A stretch of DNA of 64,000 nt from Alphaproteobacteria bacterium (GTDB lineage Bacteria > Pseudomonadota > Alphaproteobacteria > Rs-D84), in assembly GCA_017503725.1 (NCBI GenBank), contig JAFVSL010000005.1, forward strand, positions 15,455 through 79,454, in the 5' to 3' direction. A program made the translations under genes and the position numbers. Shown here piece after piece: positions 56,019-64,000 of this stretch; the stretch's first letter is position 1, and the number at the start of each line of letters is the position of its first letter. The notes under the pieces were generated by a model. The model was not told the origin of the DNA, made no database searches, and saw nothing but the letters and a program-made list of their open reading frames with translations.

Positions 56019-57230
56019 ATGCGGGCACTTAAATGTCAAAAGTTGGTTTTAACAACAGGATTTCTGAACAAACTGAAATCCGACATTGATTTGCAAATAA
56101 CAGATGCAGCACTGCCAGGGCTACAATGCCGGTATTCGGCCGCATCTGGACGCAAAGTGTTCTATTTGGGATATCGCGTTCGCGGTTCATATCAACAAAA
56201 GCATATGAGATTGGGCACATTGGCGGAATTTAGCTTAAATGAGATTCGCGCACGTGCGATACAAACCAAACAAGATATCGCCAACGGTCTGGACCCGCAA
56301 TCAGAACAACGCATACGCATAAAGCAAAACGAAATGGCCGCAGCACGACGTAAACAAGTCCGTGAACTAACCCCAATATTTATGGAAAAACATTGTCGCG
56401 AAAATAATCGGGAAAACACCTATCGCTCAAACGAAACATTGATGCGCCTATATATAATCCCATATCTTGGCGATAAATACATTGCAGATATTGATCTGCG
56501 CACAATCCAGGATATGTACGATAAAATCAAAAACACAAAAACCGTTGCTGTTGGATTGCATGTTATGCGGTTATTATCGACCTTTCTAAATTGGTGTGAA
56601 AAATACAATTATCGCACAATAAATTCGAATCCGTGCCATTTGGTTCAAAAGGCAAAATCCCCAAAGATGAACCATACGATTCTAGATATTGATGGTTATA
56701 AACGTTTATTTACTGCACTGGACGAGGCATTTTGCGCTGGGAAATATGCACCACAAACCATCCTGGCTATTAAAACACTTGCGCTGACGGGCTGTCGCAG
56801 CAGCGAAATAACAAGCCTGGAACGGGACGAATTAGACCTAGAAAACGGGTATCTACGTTTAAATAAACGCAAAACAGATGCATTTAATGTACCGCTGGGC
56901 GATCCAGCAATCGAAGTTATAAAACAGGCATTGAGAATTTGTAAAAGCAAACAGTATGTTTTTCATTCCCCAATTGACCATACACGCCCATTAACCGATT
57001 TACGTAAAGCGTTCTGGTGGGCATTGGATCGTGCTGGATTACCGCGTATGCGAATACACGACCTGCGCCACTCTTTTGCAACACTGGCCACCAGCATGGG
57101 CGAAGATATACGAATATTAAAAGACGTATTGGGACACACAAAAATCACCACAACTGAAATATACGCACACGCATCAAGTATTGCGGCACGCCGCACTGCA
57201 AACAATGTTGCAAGCATGATAACAGGATAA
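56019..57230 (+). CDS. Phage-type tyrosine integrase (P4-like), convergent on tRNA-Arg
   Basis: Catalytic residues in ...GCRSSEITSLERDELDL... HDLRHSFATLA ... TTEIYAH (R, H-x-x-R, Y). RBS AAAGGA upstream of ATG 56019. Confidence 0.85.
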   Translation: MRALKCQKLVLTTGFLNKLKSDIDLQITDAALPGLQCRYSAASGRKVFYLGYRVRGSYQQKHMRLGTLAEFSLNEIRARAIQTKQDIANGLDPQSEQRIRIKQNEMAAARRKQVRELTPIFMEKHCRENNRENTYRSNETLMRLYIIPYLGDKYIADIDLRTIQDMYDKIKNTKTVAVGLHVMRLLSTFLNWCEKYNYRTINSNPCHLVQKAKSPKMNHTILDIDGYKRLFTALDEAFCAGKYAPQTILAIKTLALTGCRSSEITSLERDELDLENGYLRLNKRKTDAFNVPLGDPAIEVIKQALRICKSKQYVFHSPIDHTRPLTDLRKAFWWALDRAGLPRMRIHDLRHSFATLATSMGEDIRILKDVLGHTKITTTEIYAHASSIAARRTANNVASMITG

Positions 57231-57296
57231 ATTGGTGAATACTGGGTCAACAAATAAAAAGAAAATCGGGGTAAACCCGATTTAATTTTTGGCGTG

Positions 57297-57373
57297 CCCA
57301 GCAGGATTCGAACCTGCAACCTATTGCTTAGAAGGCAATTGCTCTATCCGGTTGAGCCATGGGCACAAAACCA
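57297..57373 (-). tRNA. tRNA-Arg (anticodon TCT), CCA encoded. Its 3' end faces the integrase.
   Basis: Reverse complement GTGCCCATGGCTCAACCGGATAGAGCAATTGCCTTCTAAGCAATAGGTTGCAGGTTCGAATCCTGCTGGGCACGCCA folds as a perfect cloverleaf. Confidence 0.85.
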
Positions 57374-57570
57374 ACTGTATGGAATTCGGCACACCATGCG
57401 ACCAATTCCTGTGTAACATTCTATGTAACAAATATGTAACATTATACATACAATTACATACAATTCAATCAATCTGTGTCAAGTTTTATACAGAACTGAT
57501 TTTCACGCACACCCGCATAAATCCAACCTTTATACATCTTTATCCAAATCTATCCATAAAAATTGCGGAC

Positions 57571-57618
57571 GATTAGAAATCCGATGCTCTATCCAGCTGA
57601 GCTACGGGCGCACGACGC
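57571..57618 (-). pseudogene. tRNA-Arg 5' half (acceptor, D-arm, anticodon stem 5' strand and loop TTTCTAA), broken after the anticodon loop
   Basis: Reverse complement GCGCCCGTAGCTCAGCTGGATAGAGCATCGGATTTCTAATCG, then non-tRNA sequence. Its acceptor matches the fragment at 44195-44213. Confidence 0.55.
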
Positions 57619-57685
57619 ACATTTTATATCAAAATTATTAAGATTTCAAGCACACACAAATAAAAAATGCCCCAACGGGGCATTT

Positions 57686-58318
57686 TTAATCATCAACAGC
57701 TTTCTTTAACTGGCGCAGTTCTATAAACATATAGACGTCTGCCGCCGCATAAAACAGCATTGTTATCGCCAACCAATACACAACTGCGACCGCACCCGCC
57801 ATCGGCCAGAACAGCAACGCAATCGCCAGCGTACATAACGCCAACGCCACAATCAAATCAAAAACCCAATGCCCAAATCGCGCGCGCGCCATATTTATTG
57901 CAAAAATCAATGCACGCAGTGCTTTGAAAAGGAACAAGACCAAAAACACATACAGTAACGCAATCATTGACCCCGCCGGATATACCAGGAACAACACCCC
58001 TAACACAACATTCGCCAATCCAAAAATAACATCAACCCAGCCACCACCATATGGGCGCGCCACAACAAAGCCAGCAATTGCACGATAAAGCCCAAACAAT
58101 ATCAATCCACACCCCAGCACAAACATCAAAGTCGTCAAAACCGCCAACGGTTTAAAAGCCATAAACAGCGCAATTACCCCCAGTAATAAAGCCTCGCCCA
58201 ACAGCAAGGGCGCACTTTTATTATATAATCTTTCAACCGATGCGGCAATCGCATCACGTGCATTGCCACGCGTCATTTTTTTCGTATTTTTTGATGCTGT
58301 ATTTTTACTTTTTACCAT
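57686..58318 (-). CDS. HdeD-family (DUF308) membrane protein
   Basis: Six-TM pattern with repeated G..L..G motifs. Lys-rich N-terminus. Confidence 0.6.
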   Translation of the reverse strand: MVKSKNTASKNTKKMTRGNARDAIAASVERLYNKSAPLLLGEALLLGVIALFMAFKPLAVLTTLMFVLGCGLILFGLYRAIAGFVVARPYGGGWVDVIFGLANVVLGVLFLVYPAGSMIALLYVFLVLFLFKALRALIFAINMARARFGHWVFDLIVALALCTLAIALLFWPMAGAVAVVYWLAITMLFYAAADVYMFIELRQLKKAVDD

Positions 58319-58411
58319 AAAATCCCCCTATTGTTTATATATGGGGGATTATAAAACAAACATCCTAAACATCCAAGGGATTAGTATTCCCAGGCACAAA
58401 AACCGCACCCC

Positions 58412-58771
58412 TTAGGCAAAGAACACAAACAACCACACACACACAACCGCAGTAATGGTTAATAATACAATCGCACTGCCAATATCTTTGGCGCGACCGG
58501 ACAATTCGTGATATTCGGGCCCTATTCTGTCAACGATATTTTCAATGGCACTATTAACCAATTCTGCAACCAGCACACACACCATTGACACCGCCAACAC
58601 AACACGCTCTGTCATTGTTATATTGGCAAACGTCAACACAATCACACCAATTACACACATAAACAATTCTTGGCGAAATGCGGCCTCGTTCTGGGCAACC
58701 GCACGCAACCCATTCCACGAATTTTTAAATGCGGCCATAATTCGATTTAGACCCTTTTTTTTATTCGTCAT
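58412..58771 (-). CDS. dgkA: Diacylglycerol kinase
   Basis: Three-TM protein of about 120 aa with the conserved ...ELVNSAIENIVDRIG... motif. Start at an internal ATG. The six-frame ORF extends to 58810. Confidence 0.75.
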   Translation of the reverse strand: MTNKKKGLNRIMAAFKNSWNGLRAVAQNEAAFRQELFMCVIGVIVLTFANITMTERVVLAVSMVCVLVAELVNSAIENIVDRIGPEYHELSGRAKDIGSAIVLLTITAVVCVWLFVFFA

Positions 58772-60191
58772 TTGATTCGCCCCCAACCGACAGTTTGTAA
58801 TACAAATCATTTTTCTGTTCCATCAATTCCTGTAATGACATATCACCATACTTCTCGCGCAGGGTTTTAACCCCCGCACAACGCGCACTCATCGCCGTCC
58901 CCAGGCCCAACCGGCATCCCGGGACGATGCCACCGGCGGCCTCTATGACCGTTGGAAAGAAATCAAATGCCGCCACCGGACGCGACGTATCAACACCCCG
59001 GAACACATCGTCTGCATTGATGAACACATTATTCAGCGCACGCGACCCCAATGGACTTAATTTTTTCATAATATCCCCAGAATGTTGCATATGATCGTTT
59101 ACCAGGATAACAACCGCGGTCGGATCTTGGCTACGAAACCATTCAACAAAATCTGCGATAATTTTATCCTCGCATTTGGCGATATCTTCCATATTTTCCT
59201 GTTTAAAACCCAAATCGCGACAATACTGGGTATAGTACCCCTTGCAATGCGTATTTATCGTTTCCATAAAGATAAAATAAGGTTGACCAGATTTTATAAT
59301 ATCCGCAATCATTGGACGCGTCATTTCAAACAAAGTTCCATCATCTATGCCCTCGAACGGAATAACGTCCAGTTCATAATCCAACATTGCGCGCAAACGC
59401 ACCCCATCGAATATATTTTCAAATCCCATACGTCGCAAGAAATTTTCTTTCAACGAAAATTTTCCACTGGCTGGAAAAAAGGACCAGGTTTGATATCCAT
59501 TCTTTACAAAGACATTTCCAATACCACTGGCCCCCAGCATTTTTTCAATGCTTTTATAACTGGAAAAGAACAACGGCAACCCAGTCACCATCCCCGTTAT
59601 CGCGGCAATAGTATGCGACAGTCCAGACAACACCCGATAATCTTCGAACGATACATTATCGCGTTCCATTTGCGTGATATGCGGTGTCAAACCACCCGCC
59701 CCGAACAGATTTTCATCCGCATATGGTTTTTCCATACTTTCCAAAGCAATCATCAAGACATTGCGTTTATTTTTAAATGTAATCTTTGTCTTCTCGGGAA
59801 AGACATATTCACGTTCATAAAAATCCGAAACCGTTGTGTTAAAGAAACTGCCGAATTGTATATTTGCATCAACAATCCGCATTCCCAACACAACAACCAA
59901 ACCAACATACACCAAAATTGGTACAATTTTATATTTTCTAAGCAGACCACACACCACCGTCAAAATCACAGACCACAATGCGGAACGTAAAATAACCTTG
60001 CGAATAAAAGACCAAAATATTTCTGCATCAACGCCACCCATACCAACCTGTAACATCAGTGACACTTCATCCATATTGATGCGCCCAAACAGGTCGCCAA
60101 TCCACTTAATCGTGCATTCCAACAACAATATAAACAACACACACGACCACAAAACAAATAACTTTTTATCAAAATTAAATTTAAAAGACAT
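58761..60191 (-). CDS. Sulfatase-superfamily membrane protein, probably a phosphoethanolamine transferase or LTA-synthase-like enzyme
   Basis: N-terminal multi-TM domain plus a periplasmic alkaline-phosphatase/sulfatase-like domain. Lies immediately upstream of dgkA. Confidence 0.55.
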   Translation of the reverse strand: MSFKFNFDKKLFVLWSCVLFILLLECTIKWIGDLFGRINMDEVSLMLQVGMGGVDAEIFWSFIRKVILRSALWSVILTVVCGLLRKYKIVPILVYVGLVVVLGMRIVDANIQFGSFFNTTVSDFYEREYVFPEKTKITFKNKRNVLMIALESMEKPYADENLFGAGGLTPHITQMERDNVSFEDYRVLSGLSHTIAAITGMVTGLPLFFSSYKSIEKMLGASGIGNVFVKNGYQTWSFFPASGKFSLKENFLRRMGFENIFDGVRLRAMLDYELDVIPFEGIDDGTLFEMTRPMIADIIKSGQPYFIFMETINTHCKGYYTQYCRDLGFKQENMEDIAKCEDKIIADFVEWFRSQDPTAVVILVNDHMQHSGDIMKKLSPLGSRALNNVFINADDVFRGVDTSRPVAAFDFFPTVIEAAGGIVPGCRLGLGTAMSARCAGVKTLREKYGDMSLQELMEQKNDLYYKLSVGGESNDE

Positions 60192-60282
60192 AACGCCCCC
60201 GGTGCTATGCTAAGAAATATATCATACGCACGCCTCTATTTCCATTTGAAAAAAGACAATAATTATAACGAATTATAACGGG

Positions 60283-60612
60283 TTATTCCGCCAGATATTT
60301 ATTTGCCAACGAAATCAATTTAATCAAAGATTCAAATTTTTTTATACCCATTTTTTGGGATAAATCCGATAAAAGACGTTGATTTGTCGCCAAATATTCC
60401 AAATACAATTTACGTCCCTTTTTGGTTGGCAAAATTATAACACTGCGCCCATCATCGGGCGACACTACACGCGATACATATCCCAAATCCGCCAACATCA
60501 TCGGCGTATGCGGCCCCGGCATTGTGCACAAAATTTCCAACACCAACATCTGGCTGTGCCGAATCGGCATCCCCGAATTGGCCCGCATATACGCCCGACA
60601 GAACAAATCCAA
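60283..60612 (-). CDS. MarR-family transcriptional regulator
   Basis: Winged-HTH region (HSQMLVLEILCTMPGPHTPMMLADLGYVSRVV...GRSVIILPTKKGRKL). Confidence 0.55.
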   Translation of the reverse strand: MDLFCRAYMRANSGMPIRHSQMLVLEILCTMPGPHTPMMLADLGYVSRVVSPDDGRSVIILPTKKGRKLYLEYLATNQRLLSDLSQKMGIKKFESLIKLISLANKYLAE

Positions 60613-60746
60613 CTCTTAATTTCCAGAACCCATAATAATTCACCCCGGTTAATTAGTATACTTAATCTATATTAACTAAATCGATAAAAAATTACAACAA
60701 AAAAAGACGGTCATACAACCGTCTAAAACGATTATGTTTATACGCA

Positions 60747-62438
60747 TTACATTGATTCTGGGACACGCAATCCCATCAAATCAATTGCACGCAACAATGT
60801 TTCACGCGCAACATTCGCAATATACAAACGCGCTGCCTTTACCCCATCCACTACATCATCACGCAAAATAGGACAATGGTGATAGAATGTATTTATATCC
60901 TGGGCCAAATCGTATGTATAGTTTGCCAACAAATCGGTTGCACGACGCGCAAACGCATTTTCCAGCACGCGTTCAAAATCCATCACACGCAATAACAAAT
61001 TGCGTTCTTCGGCCTGTAATGCGCCGGCATCAGCCATCGCAACAACGCCCATATCGGCCGCCTTTTTTGCAACCGCATTTAAACGCACCGCCGTGTATAA
61101 AATGTATGGTCCGGTGCGCCCCTCGAACTGGGTGACTGAATCAACATCAAAGACATAGTCTGATTTTACATCGTGCATCAAATCATTAAACTTTAACGCG
61201 GCCAACGCAATCATTTCAACCGTTTCATCAGATAATTCTTTGCCCGATTCGGTCGCGCGCGCCCGCACAGAATCCGCAACCATATCCATCATCTGGGCCA
61301 AACTTGGCACATCACCATCACGTGTTTTAAATGGCTTGCCATCGGCACCGGTTATTGTACCGAATCCAATATGTTGCAAATTCGCAGAATCCATACCCGC
61401 CATTTTTGCCGCACGAAATACCTGGGTAAAGTGCAAGTTCTGACGACTGTCGGTGAAATAAACAATATCATTTGGATTGTCGGTCGTCGTACGATAATAA
61501 ATCGCCGCCAAATCCGCCGCCGCATACGTCTGGGCACCCGTACTGGACCGCCACAGAACCGGTGGCATTGGCGCCGTATCTGAATCCAGTTTTACTGGGA
61601 TAATTGTTGCGCCCGCATCCTGGACCAGCATATTTTTTTCTTCTAAAATCTTTTGAACCGCCGGAACATATTCCGCGACCAGGCGTTCACCTTTGTTTTC
61701 ATCAAACGGCAAAATATTCAAGCGCACCAAAACATCCGAAATCTGTGACAAAGACATTGGCGCAAACTTATTATAAATATCCAAATATTCCGCATTACCA
61801 TTTTGCAATTCAACCGTGACACGCTGTGCACGTTCCAACCATTCTTTATCTTCTTTGGCGCGTGCCGCAGATGCCGGATATATCACGTTGATATCATCTG
61901 CATTCTTTGGCATACCGTGTTCCAAAATCCACGCAATAATCAGCCCCATCGGACGCCCCCAGTCGCCCATATGATTATAAGACTTGGTTTTATGTCCCAA
62001 CGCACGCGCAATGCGATTAAACGTATCGCCAACAACCGTCGTACGCAAATGCCCAATATGCAGGGCCTTACCAATATTATAACTGCCGTAATCCATATCT
62101 ATGGTCAAAGGTGCGGCCTTTTCACTTGCGACGTTATATTTTTCTGGGGCCACCAAGAAATCATTCTTCAATGTGATGTTAATGAAGCCCGGCCCCGCAA
62201 TCGTTGCATTTTCTACGAATGGAATTTCGCAAATTTTTGGCAAAATCATTTCTGCGATATCACGTGGCGCCTTTTTTAATGGTCGCGCCAGAATCATTGC
62301 AATATTTGTCGAAAAATCCCCAAAATCACGGATTTTTGGTGTTTCAATCGCAACGTCTGTTGGTAAAGCGTCCGCCAAACCATCAATTTCCATTAACTTG
62401 GATTTTACATTCTCAGAAATAATTTTATAGACATTCAT
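60747..62438 (-). CDS. argS: Arginyl-tRNA synthetase
   Basis: Class I HIGH (ALHIGHLR) and the ArgRS C-terminal DALR domain. Start at the ATG 62438 (MNVYKII) with RBS GAGGT. The longer six-frame ORF would overlap tRNA-Pro. Confidence 0.9.
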   Translation of the reverse strand: MNVYKIISENVKSKLMEIDGLADALPTDVAIETPKIRDFGDFSTNIAMILARPLKKAPRDIAEMILPKICEIPFVENATIAGPGFINITLKNDFLVAPEKYNVASEKAAPLTIDMDYGSYNIGKALHIGHLRTTVVGDTFNRIARALGHKTKSYNHMGDWGRPMGLIIAWILEHGMPKNADDINVIYPASAARAKEDKEWLERAQRVTVELQNGNAEYLDIYNKFAPMSLSQISDVLVRLNILPFDENKGERLVAEYVPAVQKILEEKNMLVQDAGATIIPVKLDSDTAPMPPVLWRSSTGAQTYAAADLAAIYYRTTTDNPNDIVYFTDSRQNLHFTQVFRAAKMAGMDSANLQHIGFGTITGADGKPFKTRDGDVPSLAQMMDMVADSVRARATESGKELSDETVEMIALAALKFNDLMHDVKSDYVFDVDSVTQFEGRTGPYILYTAVRLNAVAKKAADMGVVAMADAGALQAEERNLLLRVMDFERVLENAFARRATDLLANYTYDLAQDINTFYHHCPILRDDVVDGVKAARLYIANVARETLLRAIDLMGLRVPESM

Positions 62439-62507
62439 AACAAACCTCACATTTATTAGCGCATTTAATAAAAATACCGCACTGAATGCGGTGTTTTTAT
62501 TTATCTC

Positions 62508-62584
62508 TGGTCGGGGCGAAAGGATTCGAACCTTCGACATCTTGGTCCCAAACCAAGCACTCTACCAGACTGAGCTACACCCCG
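62508..62584 (-). tRNA. tRNA-Pro (anticodon TGG), CCA encoded
   Basis: Reverse complement CGGGGTGTAGCTCAGTCTGGTAGAGTGCTTGGTTTGGGACCAAGATGTCGAAGGTTCGAATCCTTTCGCCCCGACCA. Anticodon loop TTTGGGA. Confidence 0.8.
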
Positions 62585-62681
62585 AAACGAGTCCCATTAT
62601 AACAGTATTTTTTCAAAATGCAAATTTTATATTTAATTTTGTGCTTGTCTGAAATTGTGAAAATTTCTATGATATAGATAT

Positions 62682-63647
62682 ATGAACAAGTACGTGCATT
62701 TTTTTGGTTTATTACTGGCAATTACAACCACGTCTGCATCGGCGGTGGCGGTATCAACCACGCCACGCGCAACGTCCCAGTATATCAAGCGCGACACATA
62801 TAACTATATGTACCCATATATGAACAATCAAATGCGTACAGACCTGAACCCTGGTGTCACAGTATCGCAATCCACCAATCCAATGGACGTCGTGGTAAAG
62901 ACCAAGCCATTATCAAATTCAACATCCTCACGTCGTGTCGTACCACGCGGCAACGCACAAACAACCGCGCGCGCGGCCACAGCAAATTTAACGCAACCCG
63001 CCACGCAACAAACGAATCGTCGCGTGGTTGCCCGGCGCGCAACAAACACGAACGCAATACCCACAATGGCGCGTGGCAATCGCCGCACCAGTCCGGTTGT
63101 CACAAACGAACGAAACGCATCATCAACAACAATAACCAGCGCAAAAGAGCCCGTATCAACCGCGCGCTGTATGGCGGACTATACCGAATGTATGAACCAA
63201 TATTGTGAACGTGCGGACACTGAATATAACCGCTGTTATTGCAGTGCAAAACTGTCCCAAATCGATGCAAAATACCAACCAGAAATTCAAAATTTAATTA
63301 ACAAGATTTTAACGGCAAAATCGACCAACAAATGGTCTGATGCCGAAATGAACGAATATTGGATGAATACCGTCGGTGGTTATACGGGCGGTGATAATTC
63401 CTGGGCCAATCTGGACGATGCCTTGAACATTGATTGGGCGGGTCTGGAAAGCACCGTACGCGGTCAAAGCGCATTCACGATGGGACACGAATATTGTGTT
63501 CAGCATTTAAACAATTGTTACTATATGTCATCAAATTTGCGTGACGCGTACCGATCGGAAATATCACGTGATTGCGCGATATACGAACAATCATTACAAC
63601 GTATCAAGACCGCCGCCGAAAGTTTATTGGAGTATTATGATGATTGA
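62682..63647 (+). CDS. Family-C secreted protein, short paralog. Signal peptide, Thr/Ala/Arg/Asn-rich low-complexity region, then CMADYTECMNQYCERADTEYNRCYCSAKL.
   Basis: Cys motif and architecture parallel the ORF at 6140..8845. Confidence 0.6.
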   Translation: MNKYVHFFGLLLAITTTSASAVAVSTTPRATSQYIKRDTYNYMYPYMNNQMRTDLNPGVTVSQSTNPMDVVVKTKPLSNSTSSRRVVPRGNAQTTARAATANLTQPATQQTNRRVVARRATNTNAIPTMARGNRRTSPVVTNERNASSTTITSAKEPVSTARCMADYTECMNQYCERADTEYNRCYCSAKLSQIDAKYQPEIQNLINKILTAKSTNKWSDAEMNEYWMNTVGGYTGGDNSWANLDDALNIDWAGLESTVRGQSAFTMGHEYCVQHLNNCYYMSSNLRDAYRSEISRDCAIYEQSLQRIKTAAESLLEYYDD

Positions 63648-64000
63648 ATTTATGGGCATTGAATATGCCCGTGGCGCAACGGCAACAATTCGCAATGACG
63701 GCCCAGCAATGGCACCACGTGCGGTTCAACAAATGTTCCCAGACACAGATTGGATAATGATTGCCGCCGACAATGTTTCACCAACGGTTGCGGCCCAGGA
63801 CCGATTCGGTGACGCGTTTAATATTCACAAGCGTGTCTATGCCGCCACACCACGCGGCCGACATATTATGATTGGCGGCGATCATTCCGTAAACTTTGGA
63901 CATTTTGCGGCCATACGTGACGGATTTCCGGACGAAGATTTGTGCCTGGTCTATATTGATGCGCACCTGGACATTCATACACCCGAATCGTCACGGATTC
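63637..64000 (+). CDS. Arginase/agmatinase/formiminoglutamase-family (ureohydrolase) protein, 3'-truncated by the window end
   Basis: Manual translation from ATG 63637 gives ...IMIGGDHSVNFGH...LCLVYIDAHLDIHTPESS, carrying the GGDHS and DAHxD manganese-binding motifs. Overlaps the upstream stop by 11 nt. Confidence 0.6.
   Translation, partial: MMIEFMGIEYARGATATIRNDGPAMAPRAVQQMFPDTDWIMIAADNVSPTVAAQDRFGDAFNIHKRVYAATPRGRHIMIGGDHSVNFGHFAAIRDGFPDEDLCLVYIDAHLDIHTPESSRI

Larger units (their letters stand above)
44361..57581. mobile_element. Integrated mobile/defence island of about 13.2 kb in a tRNA-Arg locus, bounded by an 11-bp direct repeat GATTAGAAATC at 44361-44371 and 57571-57581
   Basis: Direct repeats lie inside tRNA anticodon-loop remnants. 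The interior has two tyrosine integrases, a serine recombinase, an AlpA-like excisionase, an intact tRNA-Arg, a Fic protein, an R-M pair and an ATPase. The interior, especially 45.6-50.7 kb, is visibly more AT-rich than the flanks. Confidence 0.6.

Noticed and set aside
62439-62540. N-terminal 34-codon extension of the argS ORF
   Set aside because: It would overlap tRNA-Pro (62508-62584) and its terminator. The internal ATG 62438 has a good RBS and gives a normal-length ArgRS.

Overview
This 64-kb window is a gene-dense stretch of a Gram-negative bacterial chromosome. The Gram-negative assignment rests on the lipid A genes lpxA/lpxB and an outer-membrane beta-barrel gene. GGGATTTTT-type hairpin terminators are frequent, and there are seven tRNA genes, no rRNA and no CRISPR array.

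Housekeeping genes are interspersed. They include lpxA-lpxB, trpS, leuS, prfA (RF1), hisS, tkt, rnhA, rlmE, uvrA, argS, aroK, mscL, rpiB, xerC/D-type and tlyA-type genes, dusB, dgkA, two M23 peptidases and a bactofilin.

Three things stand out.

1. A two-gene operon is present in three copies, at about 3149-4045, 24412-25156 and 34633-35566. Each copy is a family-B secreted Cys-rich protein with a YCWC[KRQ]M motif, followed by a family-A secreted protein with a CPSGYIAI...ITIATTCPSG motif. A fourth locus at 15215-16461 carries two family-B genes in tandem. Every copy is preceded by the same ~150-nt leader. The leader has mutually exclusive inverted-repeat pairings and a hairpin followed by a U-run. 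It looks like a novel cis-regulatory RNA, either a riboswitch or an attenuator, controlling a multi-copy secreted-protein system.

2. A ~13-kb AT-rich integrative island lies at about 44361-57581. It sits in a tRNA-Arg locus and is bounded by an 11-bp direct repeat (GATTAGAAATC) placed in anticodon-loop remnants. Tandem, decayed tRNA-Arg 3' ends at its left edge indicate serial integrations. It carries two tyrosine integrases, a serine recombinase, an AlpA-like excisionase, an intact tRNA-Arg(TCT), a Fic protein, a HaeIII-like restriction-modification pair, an ASCH protein and an 870-aa protein with an N-terminal PHP phosphoesterase domain joined to an SMC-like ABC ATPase, a defence-type single protein.

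3. A minus-strand operon, uvrA > standalone SRP54 M-domain protein > one-module protein > two-module protein > rlmE, contains an Ffh M-domain with its own strong RBS and no NG domain. It also contains three tandem copies of an unrecognised ~85-aa module.

Other notable points:
- A ~770-bp non-coding AT-rich region at 25186-25953 carries iteron-like direct repeats.
- A terminator/antiterminator-like leader sits upstream of a PAP2 phosphatase gene.
- MscL carries a C-terminal zinc-ribbon-like extension.
- Two large secreted proteins share a distinctive Cys motif after Thr/Ala/Arg-rich low-complexity regions.
- A 5'-truncated ORF encodes about 64 GGGS repeats, a glycine zipper and a Cys-rich tail.

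All homology statements come from reading the translations; no database search was run.
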